A stretch of 64,000 nucleotides of DNA. Origin: an uncultured Anaerolineae bacterium. GTDB lineage: Bacteria > Chloroflexota > Anaerolineae > J036 > Brachytrichaceae. Below are positions 38,179 to 48,457 of this stretch, one piece after another. The notes below the pieces were generated by a model, which saw only the letters and a list, made by a program, of their open reading frames with translations, ran no database searches and was not told the origin of the DNA. The stretch lies in assembly GCA_938028725.1 (NCBI GenBank), contig CALIMH010000009.1:62529-126528 (forward strand), written 5' to 3'. The position numbers and the translations under genes are program-made. Every line of letters begins with the position of its first letter. Position 1 is the stretch's first letter.

Positions 38179-39315
38179 TTGAATTGGTCCTTTCGCGTCG
38201 CGCGAGTGCGCGGTATTGACATCAAGGTTCATGTCACGTTTTTCTTGATCCTGTTGCTGGGTGCATTCCAATGGTCCAGCAATACGCCAGATAGCCCCAT
38301 GGAGGGGGCTATTTTCGGTGTGGTGTTGATGATCTTGCTTTTCACTTGTGTCACACTGCACGAATTGGGTCACAGCATTGCCGCGCAACTTTTTGGCATT
38401 CCCGTGCGCGAGATCGTCCTACTGCCGCTGGGTGGCGTTGCCCTGATCAGCAAGAACCCTGAAAAGCCCTTGCACGAGCTGGTGATAGCGCTGGCCGGCC
38501 CTGCAGTCAATGTAGTGATAGCCGGCGTGTTGTTCTTCGTGAATGGAGCAGTGTTGCGCGGCATGATGCTCGACGGCCGCGGCATGTTGAGCGATGTGCT
38601 AATGCGTCCATCTTTGGAAGCGCTTTTGCTGTGGCTTATGGCGGCGAATGTCACCCTTGTAGTGTTCAACATGATCCCGGCCTTCCCGCTGGACGGTGGC
38701 CGAGTGTTGCGCGCCATCCTAGCCGCGATCATGGGCTTCCCACGAGCCACGCGCATTGCAGCCACCATCGGTCAAGTCGCAGCGTTTGGTTTGGGACTGC
38801 TTGGCTTTACCTCTGGCAATTTCATCCTACTGCTGATCGCGCTGTTCATCTTCTTCGGCGCAGGTCAGGAAAATGCGCAGGCCATATCCAAGACTGTGCT
38901 GCGCACGAAACGGGTTGGCGATGCCTACAACCGCCACGCATTGAGCTTACAACTTGGTGATCGCGTGAGCCGAGTGGTGGATTACTTGCTCACTAGCTAC
39001 CAACCTGACTTTGCAGTGATGCAAGGTAACAGAATCATCGGCATTGTCACTCGTGAAGACGTGATGCGCGCACTTGCTACCAGCCCGGATGACTGCTACG
39101 TCACTGAGATTATGGACCGCAATATCCATCGTGTTCAGGCCAGTCAGTCGCTGGATGAAGTGCGCGCATTTATGACGGAACATGGCACGCGAGTTGTGGC
39201 AGTGTTCGATGGCAACGAGTATCTTGGCTTGGTAAGTGTTGAAGACATTCAAGAAGCTTTTGCCGTGCTCACCTTTGTAGAGCGTCAACAGCAGATGCGC
39301 ACTCGACGCGCTTGA
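38179..39315 (+). CDS. site-2 protease family (M50) metalloprotease with tandem CBS domains
   Basis: The zinc motif is HELGHS and LDGG is present in a TM segment. The C-terminus holds a CBS pair. AGGAGG lies 7 nt upstream of the TTG start. Confidence 0.85.
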   Translation: MNWSFRVARVRGIDIKVHVTFFLILLLGAFQWSSNTPDSPMEGAIFGVVLMILLFTCVTLHELGHSIAAQLFGIPVREIVLLPLGGVALISKNPEKPLHELVIALAGPAVNVVIAGVLFFVNGAVLRGMMLDGRGMLSDVLMRPSLEALLLWLMAANVTLVVFNMIPAFPLDGGRVLRAILAAIMGFPRATRIAATIGQVAAFGLGLLGFTSGNFILLLIALFIFFGAGQENAQAISKTVLRTKRVGDAYNRHALSLQLGDRVSRVVDYLLTSYQPDFAVMQGNRIIGIVTREDVMRALATSPDDCYVTEIMDRNIHRVQASQSLDEVRAFMTEHGTRVVAVFDGNEYLGLVSVEDIQEAFAVLTFVERQQQMRTRRA

Positions 39316-39324
39316 CAGTTCGCT

Positions 39325-40377
39325 GTGCGAATAGTTGTTTTTGGTGCGGGGGCAATCGGGCGATGGCTTGGCGTTGCAGCCCAACAGGCGGGCCACACTG
39401 TAACCTGGGTCGGTCGCCAGCCTGTTGTTGAAGCGTTGCGTCAGGGCAACGGAAAGGTTCTTTTCCCAAATGGCGAAGTTTGGACATTACCTCCTGCACT
39501 TGCAGCAACGCGCGTAGAAGAGGTTCCACCAGGTCAAGATGCTGTTTTGCTCTGTGTCAAAGCATACGACGTAGAAGCTGCCTGTCTCGAATTGCGGTGC
39601 TCCGGCTTTTTGACCGAACACATGCGCGTCCTCACTTTCCAGAATGGGATTGGCAGTGAGGAGCTTGCTGCTGCCATTCTCGGAGAACAGCGCGTGATTC
39701 CCGCCACTTTAACTGTTCCACTCACCGCAGAAGGCGTAGCTGATGTTCGGGTACAGCGAGCGGGTGGTGGTGTTGGATTGGCTTTGCTGGGCCATCGCGA
39801 TGCGCGCAGCGCAGCACTGTTGGATGAGTTCTGCACCATTGCGATGTGGCATACGCGGCTATACGCTAACTGGCAGGCCATGAAATGGTCAAAGCTGTTG
39901 CTGAACTTGGTCGGGAACGCCGCTGGTGCCGTGTTGGAATGCGATGTGCCGACCCTACTGCGCGATCCACTGGGTTTAGCTGTGGAGATTCGCGCGCTGC
40001 GTGAGGCAGAGCAAGTGATGCGTGCCTTGGGCATTCGTGCTGTGAATTTGCCGGGCGCACCAGCCGCCTGGTTCGCGTTTGCTCTGCGTTGGGCGCCAGA
40101 TGTGGCAGCGCGCTATCTGTTGCGTCGCTTTTTCACTCGCGCACGCGGTGCCAAGCAGCCCTCTCTACATTACGATGTGTGGCATAAGCGTGGACGTTCT
40201 GAGATCAAATTTCTCAATGGTGCGGTTGTGGTAGCTGGTCGCCAAATTGGCGTGTCTACACCAGTCAATGCTGTGCTCAGTGAGCTACTTGAACGAATGG
40301 CTCTTGGCGAGATGCTCCCACTGGAGGCGCGTCGTAAACGCTTGGAGGAGGCACTGGCTCCGACGTCATTGCATTAA
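39325..40377 (+). CDS. 2-dehydropantoate 2-reductase family (ApbA/PanE-like) oxidoreductase
   Basis: The N-terminal Rossmann fold reads MRIVVFGAGAIGRWLG, with a KWSKLLLN block. It uses a GTG start. Confidence 0.7.
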   Translation: MRIVVFGAGAIGRWLGVAAQQAGHTVTWVGRQPVVEALRQGNGKVLFPNGEVWTLPPALAATRVEEVPPGQDAVLLCVKAYDVEAACLELRCSGFLTEHMRVLTFQNGIGSEELAAAILGEQRVIPATLTVPLTAEGVADVRVQRAGGGVGLALLGHRDARSAALLDEFCTIAMWHTRLYANWQAMKWSKLLLNLVGNAAGAVLECDVPTLLRDPLGLAVEIRALREAEQVMRALGIRAVNLPGAPAAWFAFALRWAPDVAARYLLRRFFTRARGAKQPSLHYDVWHKRGRSEIKFLNGAVVVAGRQIGVSTPVNAVLSELLERMALGEMLPLEARRKRLEEALAPTSLH

Positions 40378-40395
40378 AAGTCTTCTCTCCCTGCT

Positions 40396-42753
40396 GTGAA
40401 GTTCAGACGAGGAAGATTCGCTCACCTGAAAAGACCTGACTGGCTGCTGATCGGATGTGCGCTAGCCATCACTTGGACTGGTGCGCTTTCGCTGAGCATA
40501 CAACGTGCAAGTGCATTGTTTCTGGCACAAGCGTTGCTGACAAGCAGCCTTGCAGTAGTTGGACAGTGGTCCTTGAATCGCTATTTGCCTGCCGGCGATC
40601 GCTTTCTGTTTCCACTTGCAATGCTGCTGAGCTCGTTTGGTTTGCTTTCGCTAGGGCGGACTGCTCCGAATTTCTTACCTAGGCAGATGCTCTGGTTGTT
40701 GTTTGCAAACGCCGCGTTCTACATTGTTGTTGCTGCGCGGCGATCGATGTTTTACTGGCTACGTCGTTTCAAATACACGGTACTTGCAGCAGCGTTGCTT
40801 CTGCTGATGGCCACACTGTTGCTAGGTGTGAACCCATCTGGCAGTGGGCCGCGCTTGTGGTTGAACCTGGGTGGTGCGTTGTTTGTCCAGCCCTCTGAGC
40901 TGCTGCGGCTTTGCGTGATGGCGTTTTTGGCCTCACACTTTGCCACCGCAGAGCGTGCGGCCTCCGGGGGAGCCTTTCGGTCTGCCGATAAGGTGACTTG
41001 GGGGGCGGCAGGTCTGGTCGTGCTGGCATCTGCTGCACTGCTGATAATTCAGCAGGATTTTGGCTCTGCTTCAATGCTGGCGCTCACTGCATTGGGAATG
41101 ACGTTTTTGGCGCGTGGCCCCTCGCGCTGGATTGCAGCCTCGATGGCATGCTTTGTGATTGCGACGGTTGCTGCAGTATTAATTTCGCCGCGTCTAATGC
41201 AGCGGATCGCGACCTGGCTCAACCCTTGGCTTGATCCGCGCGGGGCCTCTTTTCAGATTAGCCAATCGCTGATCGCAATAGCTGAAGGTGGGCTGCTAGG
41301 CCGTGGGCTTGGACAAGGCATGCCAGATTACGTACCAGCAGTTCACACCGATTTCCCCTTTGTGATGATTGCAGAAGAGATGGGGGTGCTCGGTGGCGCT
41401 GTCGTACTTACGGCTTTGTATGTATTGGTGATGCGCATATGGCGGGTGAGCGTGCATGCTTCTTCCTGCTACGCTGTCCTTCTAAGTGGTGGCACAGCGC
41501 TTTCAATGGCTTTGCAAGCGTTTGTGATCCTGGGGGGCAATATGGCTCTGCTCCCACTCACAGGCGTGACGGTGCCATTTGTCAGCTACGGAGGCACGTC
41601 GCTGCTGGTGAATTGGCTTTGCGTGGCTTTTGCGGTCGCGCTCTCGGCAGAAAACACACAACCAACCGTTGTCGAAAGTTCATGTGTTGGCACGCGTCGC
41701 TCAGCCCAACAACTGGCTCGCTTGACGTTGCTTGGGACGGTTTTGTTGGTTGCTGCACTGGTGCGGTGGGGCATATTGTCGCCGTCACTTCGTCTGCGTG
41801 ATGACAACCCCCGTCTCATCATAGCGGAGCGCGCTACCATGCGTGGCCCAATTCTGGACCGCTATGGCCGTTGGCTAGCCTACAGCACTTGTGTGGGCAG
41901 TGAGCAGCCGATGGTCCCTTGCGCACGCCCTCTGCCAGACCATCGCTACGAACGAGTGTATCCAGCGCCGGAAGCATCCCATGCAATTGGCTACTACTCT
42001 TTTCGTCATGGGTTAGCTGGCGCTGAAGCATTCGGAGATGTGACTTTGCGCGGCTCACGCGCCTGGTGGCAAGAATGGCTGCATGAGCTGCAAGTTGGCG
42101 AGCCAATTACGCTGACTCTTGATTTGCAACTGCAGCGACGTTTGCTGAAAGAGCTGCGCACCCGTGCCAACTGCAGCTCTCATGAGCTTGGTATTGGCGC
42201 GGTGGTTGCTCTCGATTGGCGCACCGGCGAGTTGCATGCTCTGGGCAGTGTCCCCTATTTCAACCCCGCTGCGCTTGATGCTGAGTGGGAGAAGCTACGG
42301 CGTGACCCCAGCGCACCTCTCCTGAATCGAGCAACTCAGGGCTTGTATCAGCCTGGGGCATTGCTAGAGTGGTTGCTAAATCTGCGCGGTCTTCCAGCTA
42401 CATCAGATAGCCTAGCAGCACTGGGTTGGCATCAGCCTTTGTCGCTGTTCGATGACGTAGCGCGCTCGGAACTTCCGGCGCACACAACAATCAGTGAAAC
42501 GCAGGGGCAGGGTAGCTTCCGGGCAGTGCCGCTGCGAGTAGCTGTCACTGTCGCTGAGGTAGTGGCTGGCAAACCGGTTGTCCCCACTTTGTACGCTGTT
42601 TCAACCGTTGTCCCTGCTTTGCCTGCCAGATACCTTGAAAACCAACTGCCGTTTGAGTCTCGTGCAGTAGCAGGACCAGGGCGAGAGGTTTGGTGGCATG
42701 TGCGCTTGGAGGGAGACCATGTGATCGTGATGGTGTCTGAGATGCCTTGCTAA
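40396..42753 (+). CDS. SEDS-family peptidoglycan polymerase (FtsW/RodA) fused to a degenerate class-B PBP-like domain
   Basis: SEDS blocks are PSELLRL, DFGSA, IAEGGLLGRGLGQG, HTDFPFVMIAEEMG and VPFVSYGGTSLL. The same frame continues into RGPILDRYGRWLA, GAVVALDWRTGELHALGSVPYFNP and NRATQGLYQPGALLEW. Confidence 0.8.
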   Translation: MKFRRGRFAHLKRPDWLLIGCALAITWTGALSLSIQRASALFLAQALLTSSLAVVGQWSLNRYLPAGDRFLFPLAMLLSSFGLLSLGRTAPNFLPRQMLWLLFANAAFYIVVAARRSMFYWLRRFKYTVLAAALLLLMATLLLGVNPSGSGPRLWLNLGGALFVQPSELLRLCVMAFLASHFATAERAASGGAFRSADKVTWGAAGLVVLASAALLIIQQDFGSASMLALTALGMTFLARGPSRWIAASMACFVIATVAAVLISPRLMQRIATWLNPWLDPRGASFQISQSLIAIAEGGLLGRGLGQGMPDYVPAVHTDFPFVMIAEEMGVLGGAVVLTALYVLVMRIWRVSVHASSCYAVLLSGGTALSMALQAFVILGGNMALLPLTGVTVPFVSYGGTSLLVNWLCVAFAVALSAENTQPTVVESSCVGTRRSAQQLARLTLLGTVLLVAALVRWGILSPSLRLRDDNPRLIIAERATMRGPILDRYGRWLAYSTCVGSEQPMVPCARPLPDHRYERVYPAPEASHAIGYYSFRHGLAGAEAFGDVTLRGSRAWWQEWLHELQVGEPITLTLDLQLQRRLLKELRTRANCSSHELGIGAVVALDWRTGELHALGSVPYFNPAALDAEWEKLRRDPSAPLLNRATQGLYQPGALLEWLLNLRGLPATSDSLAALGWHQPLSLFDDVARSELPAHTTISETQGQGSFRAVPLRVAVTVAEVVAGKPVVPTLYAVSTVVPALPARYLENQLPFESRAVAGPGREVWWHVRLEGDHVIVMVSEMPC

Positions 42754-42790
42754 ATCATCTGCACATGCAACGAACGATTTGCTTAAGAAC

Positions 42791-44092
42791 TCAACTCACC
42801 AGGTCTACGCTATCTGAACTGTCTGAGACATCGGAATTGGCGGCGTTCTGCTCGCCCTTTGATTCGCTTTTGGCCTGCATCTTTCGGCGCTGGCGGCGCG
42901 AGAGTTTGACTTCTGTGCCAATGTAGCGCTTGGCTTGTTCGAGCTTCTCTTCTGCCTCTCCTAGCCATTCACGCGAAAAGGAAAATAGCAGTTTGCTGAA
43001 AGACTCAAGGACATCGTAGATGGCCGAAAGCTGAGGTTGAAACCTGGGCATCTCTTCTTCTAGACTGAGCAGATTTTGCTCATATCGGCTGATGCGCTTG
43101 TCGCGCTCGTGCCACATTTCGTTCTGCTGGATAGTGAAGTCCCCAAAACTTTTCTCTACCTTTGCTTGAAAAGCCTCATAGCTGCGCCAGGCGCGTGTTT
43201 CAGCATCGCGTTGTAGCTCGAAAAGCTCTTTGATGCGTGCCTCGATCCGCTCCTCAAAGTCCTTTAACTGACTGATCTCCCGCTTGACTTCCTCGCGCAT
43301 CTGAAAGTAACCGGTCACCTGCTGTGCAATCTCATCAGCGCGTTCCTTAAGCTTTTCAAGTATCTCCCTGTATTCAATAATTTGTCGCTCTTGCTGGACG
43401 GCAGACAGTCGCTGCTTTTCCAGCAATTCGTTTTGCGCCTCTAGTGCGCGGACTGCTTCTTCGATTTCTGTGTGTTTGCGACGCACTGCCTCATCAAGCA
43501 GCAGAAGACGTGGAGGGAGAGCTTCGATCTGTCGCTTGAGAGAGAGGAACTCCTGTTCCAGCGCTGCAATGCGTTTGGCGTCTTGACGGCGCTGCTCCTC
43601 TAGGTAGGAGATTTGTGTAACAGGTATGTCCTGTCTGCGTTCAATTTCTAACACTTGAGCTTGAAGGCGAGATAGGTTCTCGTTGAGACGCGCGTCTTCG
43701 CTGCGGCGTGCATCCAACTCATCGGCATAGCGTGCATATGTTTTTACCTCCCTTTTCAACTCTGCAATCTGGCGCGTCAGGGACTCAAACTCAATCTGGC
43801 GATTGCGATTCATCTCGCCCTCTGATTTGGCGCGCTGCTCCTCTTTGCGTTCGAGCACCTGCAATAGCTCAGTGCGTAGTTGTTCGATTGCAGAAGTCCA
43901 GCCTGCTGCGCGCGTGAGTTGAACACGTAGCTCATTCAAAGCTGTTTCGGTAGATTGGATGATGCGATTGCGCACTTCTACCTCGCGGGCTAAGCTGTCC
44001 ACACGTTCTTGGAGTTGGGCGAGCAAAAAGCGATCCTTGCGTCGCTCCTCGTCAAGATACTGCACTAAGCCGGTCAGCCTATCGAGTTCCAT
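42791..44092 (-). CDS. long coiled-coil protein (hypothetical)
   Basis: The 433-aa ORF is almost entirely heptad-like E/R/Q/L-rich sequence. It ends in a basic then acidic Ser/Asp-rich tail. No enzymatic motifs were seen. Confidence 0.6.
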   Translation of the reverse strand: MELDRLTGLVQYLDEERRKDRFLLAQLQERVDSLAREVEVRNRIIQSTETALNELRVQLTRAAGWTSAIEQLRTELLQVLERKEEQRAKSEGEMNRNRQIEFESLTRQIAELKREVKTYARYADELDARRSEDARLNENLSRLQAQVLEIERRQDIPVTQISYLEEQRRQDAKRIAALEQEFLSLKRQIEALPPRLLLLDEAVRRKHTEIEEAVRALEAQNELLEKQRLSAVQQERQIIEYREILEKLKERADEIAQQVTGYFQMREEVKREISQLKDFEERIEARIKELFELQRDAETRAWRSYEAFQAKVEKSFGDFTIQQNEMWHERDKRISRYEQNLLSLEEEMPRFQPQLSAIYDVLESFSKLLFSFSREWLGEAEEKLEQAKRYIGTEVKLSRRQRRKMQAKSESKGEQNAANSDVSDSSDSVDLVS

Positions 44093-44123
44093 GGAATCTA
44101 TGACCGTTCAACTCACAAATAGA

Positions 44124-44864
44124 TCACTGGTGTTGCCACATACGTCCACCATCAAGCATGATGCAATCGCCGTTGATGAATGGTGGACCGGCTACCAAGA
44201 AGAGCACTGTTTCTGCCACCTGTTCAGCGCTGCCTAGCGCGCGCAGCGGATTGGTTTCGCGCAACGCTTCCCATTCCGCATCGGAGTAGTCAGGCGGCTT
44301 AAGCACAGGACCAGGGCACACAGCATTGACGCGCACTTTAGGGCCTAAGTTCAACGCCTGCGAGCGAGTCAGTGCAAGGAGTGCGGCTTTGGATATTCCG
44401 TGCGCCACGTAATTGCGCCAAGGGTAAAACGCCCCCTCGTCCACAAGGTTAACAATTACACCGCCATCGCCGGCGATCATCGCGCGCGCAATCACCTGGC
44501 TCAACGCAAAGGGAGCTTTGAGGTTCACGTTAAATGCGGCGTCGAACTCAGCTTCGCTGGTTGAAAAGTAGTCGTTTGGCACGAAACTTGATGCGCTATT
44601 GACCAGCACATCCACGTGCCCGAAGTGCTCCAGTGCTGCCTCTCCCAGCTTAGTGGCGGCGTCCCACTTTTCTAGGTTGGCTTGATACAACATCACCCGC
44701 CGCCCTAACTGTTCGATCTCCTTAGCTGTTTGTTGAGCAGCCGCCACGCTTCGACCATAGTGCAGAACGATATCAGCACCCTCTCGTGCTAGAGCAAGCG
44801 CAATCGCTTTGCCAACACGATGCGCAGCGCCGGTCACTAGTGCGACTTTCCCTGTCAACTTCAT
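44124..44864 (-). CDS. SDR oxidoreductase, pteridine-reductase-like
   Basis: Motifs are KVALVTGAAHRVGKAIA, NLVD, NAVCPGP. The catalytic block reads YVAHGISK rather than Y..Y...K. Confidence 0.8.
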   Translation of the reverse strand: MKLTGKVALVTGAAHRVGKAIALALAREGADIVLHYGRSVAAAQQTAKEIEQLGRRVMLYQANLEKWDAATKLGEAALEHFGHVDVLVNSASSFVPNDYFSTSEAEFDAAFNVNLKAPFALSQVIARAMIAGDGGVIVNLVDEGAFYPWRNYVAHGISKAALLALTRSQALNLGPKVRVNAVCPGPVLKPPDYSDAEWEALRETNPLRALGSAEQVAETVLFLVAGPPFINGDCIMLDGGRMWQHQ

Positions 44865-44912
44865 GGGGGCATGTTACACCAAACCCACTTCGATAGCACA
44901 GTCGTAGCCTCG

Positions 44913-45458
44913 TCAAGAGATAGATTGTTCGAGTTGGCTAAGCAATGTGCGGGCGTCGTGATCGAGTGGGTTTGCCAGGATTGCGCGTCGGAATGCTGCG
45001 ATAGCCATGCGGGTCTCCCCACGGCCTTGGTAGATCAAACCGATGTTGTAAGCTACGCTATGAGCAAGAGGATCGATCTCGAGCGCACGTTCAAAAGCTT
45101 TCAAGGCGCGCATTTGTTGTTCTTCAGTAGCGGTCAGCAGATTGCCTAGGTATGCCGCCCCAAGATTAGCCCAAAGCCGGGCATTATCTGGAAACTGCCG
45201 CAGCGCTGCTTCTAGAATCGCAACAGCATGATGATGCTTGCCGGCTAGAATGTAAGCGCCGCTGAGGTTGAGCACAATGTCTGGGTCATCTGGCTTCAAG
45301 CGATGCGCCCGCTGTAGCAGTGGCAACGCTTCTAACGGCTTGCCCTCTAACAGAAGGCGGCTGCCTTGCTGAAGGCTCTCGCGCAGCGATTGATGATAGC
45401 GCTCTTCAAGCCAGCGATGAAGTCTTGATAACTCGGAGTCGAATTCTGTGTCACTCAT
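44913..45458 (-). CDS. tetratricopeptide-repeat protein
   Basis: There are about 4 TPR-like 34-aa repeats (A..L..A....P....A..NLG.AY). It starts 2 nt after the glyQS stop. Confidence 0.7.
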   Translation of the reverse strand: MSDTEFDSELSRLHRWLEERYHQSLRESLQQGSRLLLEGKPLEALPLLQRAHRLKPDDPDIVLNLSGAYILAGKHHHAVAILEAALRQFPDNARLWANLGAAYLGNLLTATEEQQMRALKAFERALEIDPLAHSVAYNIGLIYQGRGETRMAIAAFRRAILANPLDHDARTLLSQLEQSIS

Positions 45459-45460
45459 GT

Positions 45461-48457
45461 TTAGAAACCTTCCAGTTTGCTTAGGTCGGCGATACCGTCG
45501 GCCAGCTCCACGACTTGCATCACGAGGGCAAGGCGGCTGTGGCGTACTCTCTCATCCTCTACCATCACCATGACGCTATTGAAGAACGTGTTGATGAATG
45601 GGATGAGTTGATGGAGCACCTTAACCAGTGAATCCACGTCATGCGGTTTAGGTTGCGCGCGAATAGCAGCGTGAAGCGCTTGAGATGCTGGTGCGTCGTC
45701 TGCTATGTCAGTGGCGGTCACGTGGTGGCCACGGGCGATGCGCGCACAGCGGGCATATGCAGCGAGGATCATGGTCCAATCGGCCCTTTGCATGACGCGA
45801 TCAAGCTGTACCAGATTGTGTTCTGCTCGAGAGGGGTTGTCGCCTATCACGCTTAGAATAGCCTCCACAACATCGTGCCGAAAGCCTCTCTCTAGGAAGA
45901 TTTGCCGTTCGCGATCCAGCACAAAAGTATGGGCAGCGTGCAGCATCTCTGCCTCTGCCGGGATGGGGAGAAGTTCAGCAGCGATGCGCAAACCCTCCAA
46001 CACAGAGAACTCCTGCTTGCGCGCGAGTAAACACTGTATCAAGCCAATAGCAGTACGGCGTAGTGCAAAGGGATCTGCATTGCCCTTGGGCGCAACACCA
46101 GCAGCGAATAAGCCGGCTAGACTGTCCAGACGATCAGCCAAGCCAACTAAGAAGCCGGGAGTTGTCTGTGGCAACGCATCTCCTGAGAAGCGCGGCAATA
46201 GATGCTCAAAGATGGCCTCTGCCACCGCTTCGCGGTCAGCGTCTTGAGAGGTTTTGAGATGATACTCACGTCCCATCACGCCGTGCAGCGCCGTGATCTC
46301 TATCACCATTTGGGTCGCAAGGTCTGCTTTGCAAAGCCTGGCGGCTTTGCACGCTATACGTCGTGTGGACTCATCGGTTACCTGCATCATGTCCGCCAAG
46401 CGCTCGACAAGCTTAGTAATGCGTCGAGCCTTGTCGCCGATGCTGCCGAGCTTCGCTTGGAAGACGATCGTATCCAGCCGTGGTAGATATGCTTCAAGTG
46501 GCTTTTTTATGTCTTCGCGGTAGAAGTATGCTGCATCGGCGAAGCGAGCGTTCACCACGTCCTCGTTGCCTTTGCGCACCAAGTCGTTATGCGCTTGAGG
46601 GCCGTTGCGGATAGTGATAAAGTAGGGCATCAGTTCGTCAGGATTGTCCGGCCGTAGCAGCGTCATATAGCGTTGCTTCTTGCGCATCACGCTGGTCAGC
46701 ACCGGAGCGGGCAGGCTAAGATATTCTTCTGGGAAACCGCATAGGATGGCAGTCGGTTGCTCCACAAGGTGTGTGACTTCCTCCAGTAAATCCTCGTCAA
46801 GGCTGAGCTTGGCGTTTACCTGATCGGCCAGCGCCTGCGCCTGTCGAAGAATCTCGGCCTTGCGTGCTCTGGCATCGCCGATAATGCGATGTGCTTTCAG
46901 TAATTCTGGATAGTCCCGGGCGTGTCTGATCTCAAAGCGGGGCGAGCCCTCGCCGCGAGATCCCCAACTGCTTCGACCACTTCGCACGCCCGCAAACTGA
47001 AATGGCACTACCGCCTTGCCAAGCAACGCCACAATCCAGTTGATGGGCCTTGCGAAGGCAACGTTGCTGGCGTTCCAGCGCATGGTTTTCTCAAACGTGA
47101 TCTGGCTAAGCGTACTGGGAATGAGCTTCTGCAATAGCTCAAATGCAGTCTGTCCGCGCTGTGTTTGTCGTGCGTAGACATACGCGCCGCTACCTTCTTC
47201 CTTCACTATCAACTGCTCGACAGCAACTCCTAGTCGCCGCGCAAAACCGACCGCGGCCTGGGTTGGATTACCTTCGCTGTCAAATGCAGTGCGAGCGGGT
47301 GGTCCTTTGACCCAAACGTCTAAGTCTTGTTGACGCGGGGCGACATCGCTGATGAGAACAGCTACACGCCGCGGGGTCGCAAAAGTGATGAGGTCACCAT
47401 GCGGAATGCGCGCTGCTTCTAGGGCGCTGACTAAGCGATCGCGGAGCTGGGCCTCACAGATAGGTACGTCGCCGGCGGGCAGCTCCTCAACGCCGAGTTC
47501 CACAAGTAGCGTCTCTGGTTCTTCCAGTGCTACATCATCAGGTGCTGTCTCTAGGCTGGCGGGCTGATCGTGCTGTGCTGAAGAACTGGCTGTGAGCCAG
47601 GGGAATCCGATCTCTTCTCGCTGGGCAATGTAGGTGAGCGCCACCTGGCGGGCGAGGTCGCGCATGCGCGCGATAAATCGTTGACGCTCAGTGACTCCAA
47701 TCGCGCCACGTGTGTCCAAGAGATTGAAGGTGTGAGAACATTGGAGCACGTAGTCGTGTGCTGGCAGTACTAGCTTGTGCTCTAAAGCGCGTAGGCATTC
47801 GCGCTCGTAGCATTCGAATAGCGTTTGTAAGGTGGGAACGTCAGCCCATTGGAAAGCGTAGGCGCTGCGCTCTTGTTCATCGCTCAGTCGCACGTCACCG
47901 TAAGAACGCTGCGAGTCCCACCTTAAGTCAAATACACGCTGCACGCCTTGTAGTGCCATGGCGATGCGCTCTAAACCATAGGTGATCTCCAAGCAGGTTG
48001 GATTTAAAGTGACACCCCCTACCTGCTGGAAGTAGGTGTACTGAGTGATTTCGAGACCATCGAGCCACACTTCCCAACCAAGTCCCCATGCCCCAATAGT
48101 CGGTTGTGTCCAGTTGTCTTCAACAAATCGAATATCGTGTGCGCTTAGGTCAATACCGATAGCGCGTAAGCTTTCCAAGTACAGCTCCTGCGAGCGTTCT
48201 GGTGATGGCTTCAGAATGACTTGAAACTGCGTGTGAGTGTAGAGGCGATTGGGGTTTTGGCCAAAGCGGCCGTCATCAGGTCGAACCGACGGTTCAACAT
48301 AAGCGACTTTCCATGGCTCTGGACCGAGAACTCGTAGGAATGTGGCAGGGTTCATCGTTCCGGCGCCGACCACTTGGTTGTGAGGCTGCCAGATTAAGCA
48401 GCCGTGATCTGCCCAGAACTGTTGCAGCGTCAAGATCAGGTCTTGAAAGGTGCTCAT
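45461..48457 (-). CDS. glyQS: glycine--tRNA ligase, fused alpha-beta chain
   Basis: The GlyQ N-terminus is [43 protein letters not shown] ~30-aa linker ([18 protein letters not shown]) follows. The GlyS-type section starts at [12 protein letters not shown]. It is a single 998-aa ORF. Confidence 0.95.
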   Translation of the reverse strand: MSTFQDLILTLQQFWADHGCLIWQPHNQVVGAGTMNPATFLRVLGPEPWKVAYVEPSVRPDDGRFGQNPNRLYTHTQFQVILKPSPERSQELYLESLRAIGIDLSAHDIRFVEDNWTQPTIGAWGLGWEVWLDGLEITQYTYFQQVGGVTLNPTCLEITYGLERIAMALQGVQRVFDLRWDSQRSYGDVRLSDEQERSAYAFQWADVPTLQTLFECYERECLRALEHKLVLPAHDYVLQCSHTFNLLDTRGAIGVTERQRFIARMRDLARQVALTYIAQREEIGFPWLTASSSAQHDQPASLETAPDDVALEEPETLLVELGVEELPAGDVPICEAQLRDRLVSALEAARIPHGDLITFATPRRVAVLISDVAPRQQDLDVWVKGPPARTAFDSEGNPTQAAVGFARRLGVAVEQLIVKEEGSGAYVYARQTQRGQTAFELLQKLIPSTLSQITFEKTMRWNASNVAFARPINWIVALLGKAVVPFQFAGVRSGRSSWGSRGEGSPRFEIRHARDYPELLKAHRIIGDARARKAEILRQAQALADQVNAKLSLDEDLLEEVTHLVEQPTAILCGFPEEYLSLPAPVLTSVMRKKQRYMTLLRPDNPDELMPYFITIRNGPQAHNDLVRKGNEDVVNARFADAAYFYREDIKKPLEAYLPRLDTIVFQAKLGSIGDKARRITKLVERLADMMQVTDESTRRIACKAARLCKADLATQMVIEITALHGVMGREYHLKTSQDADREAVAEAIFEHLLPRFSGDALPQTTPGFLVGLADRLDSLAGLFAAGVAPKGNADPFALRRTAIGLIQCLLARKQEFSVLEGLRIAAELLPIPAEAEMLHAAHTFVLDRERQIFLERGFRHDVVEAILSVIGDNPSRAEHNLVQLDRVMQRADWTMILAAYARCARIARGHHVTATDIADDAPASQALHAAIRAQPKPHDVDSLVKVLHQLIPFINTFFNSVMVMVEDERVRHSRLALVMQVVELADGIADLSKLEGF

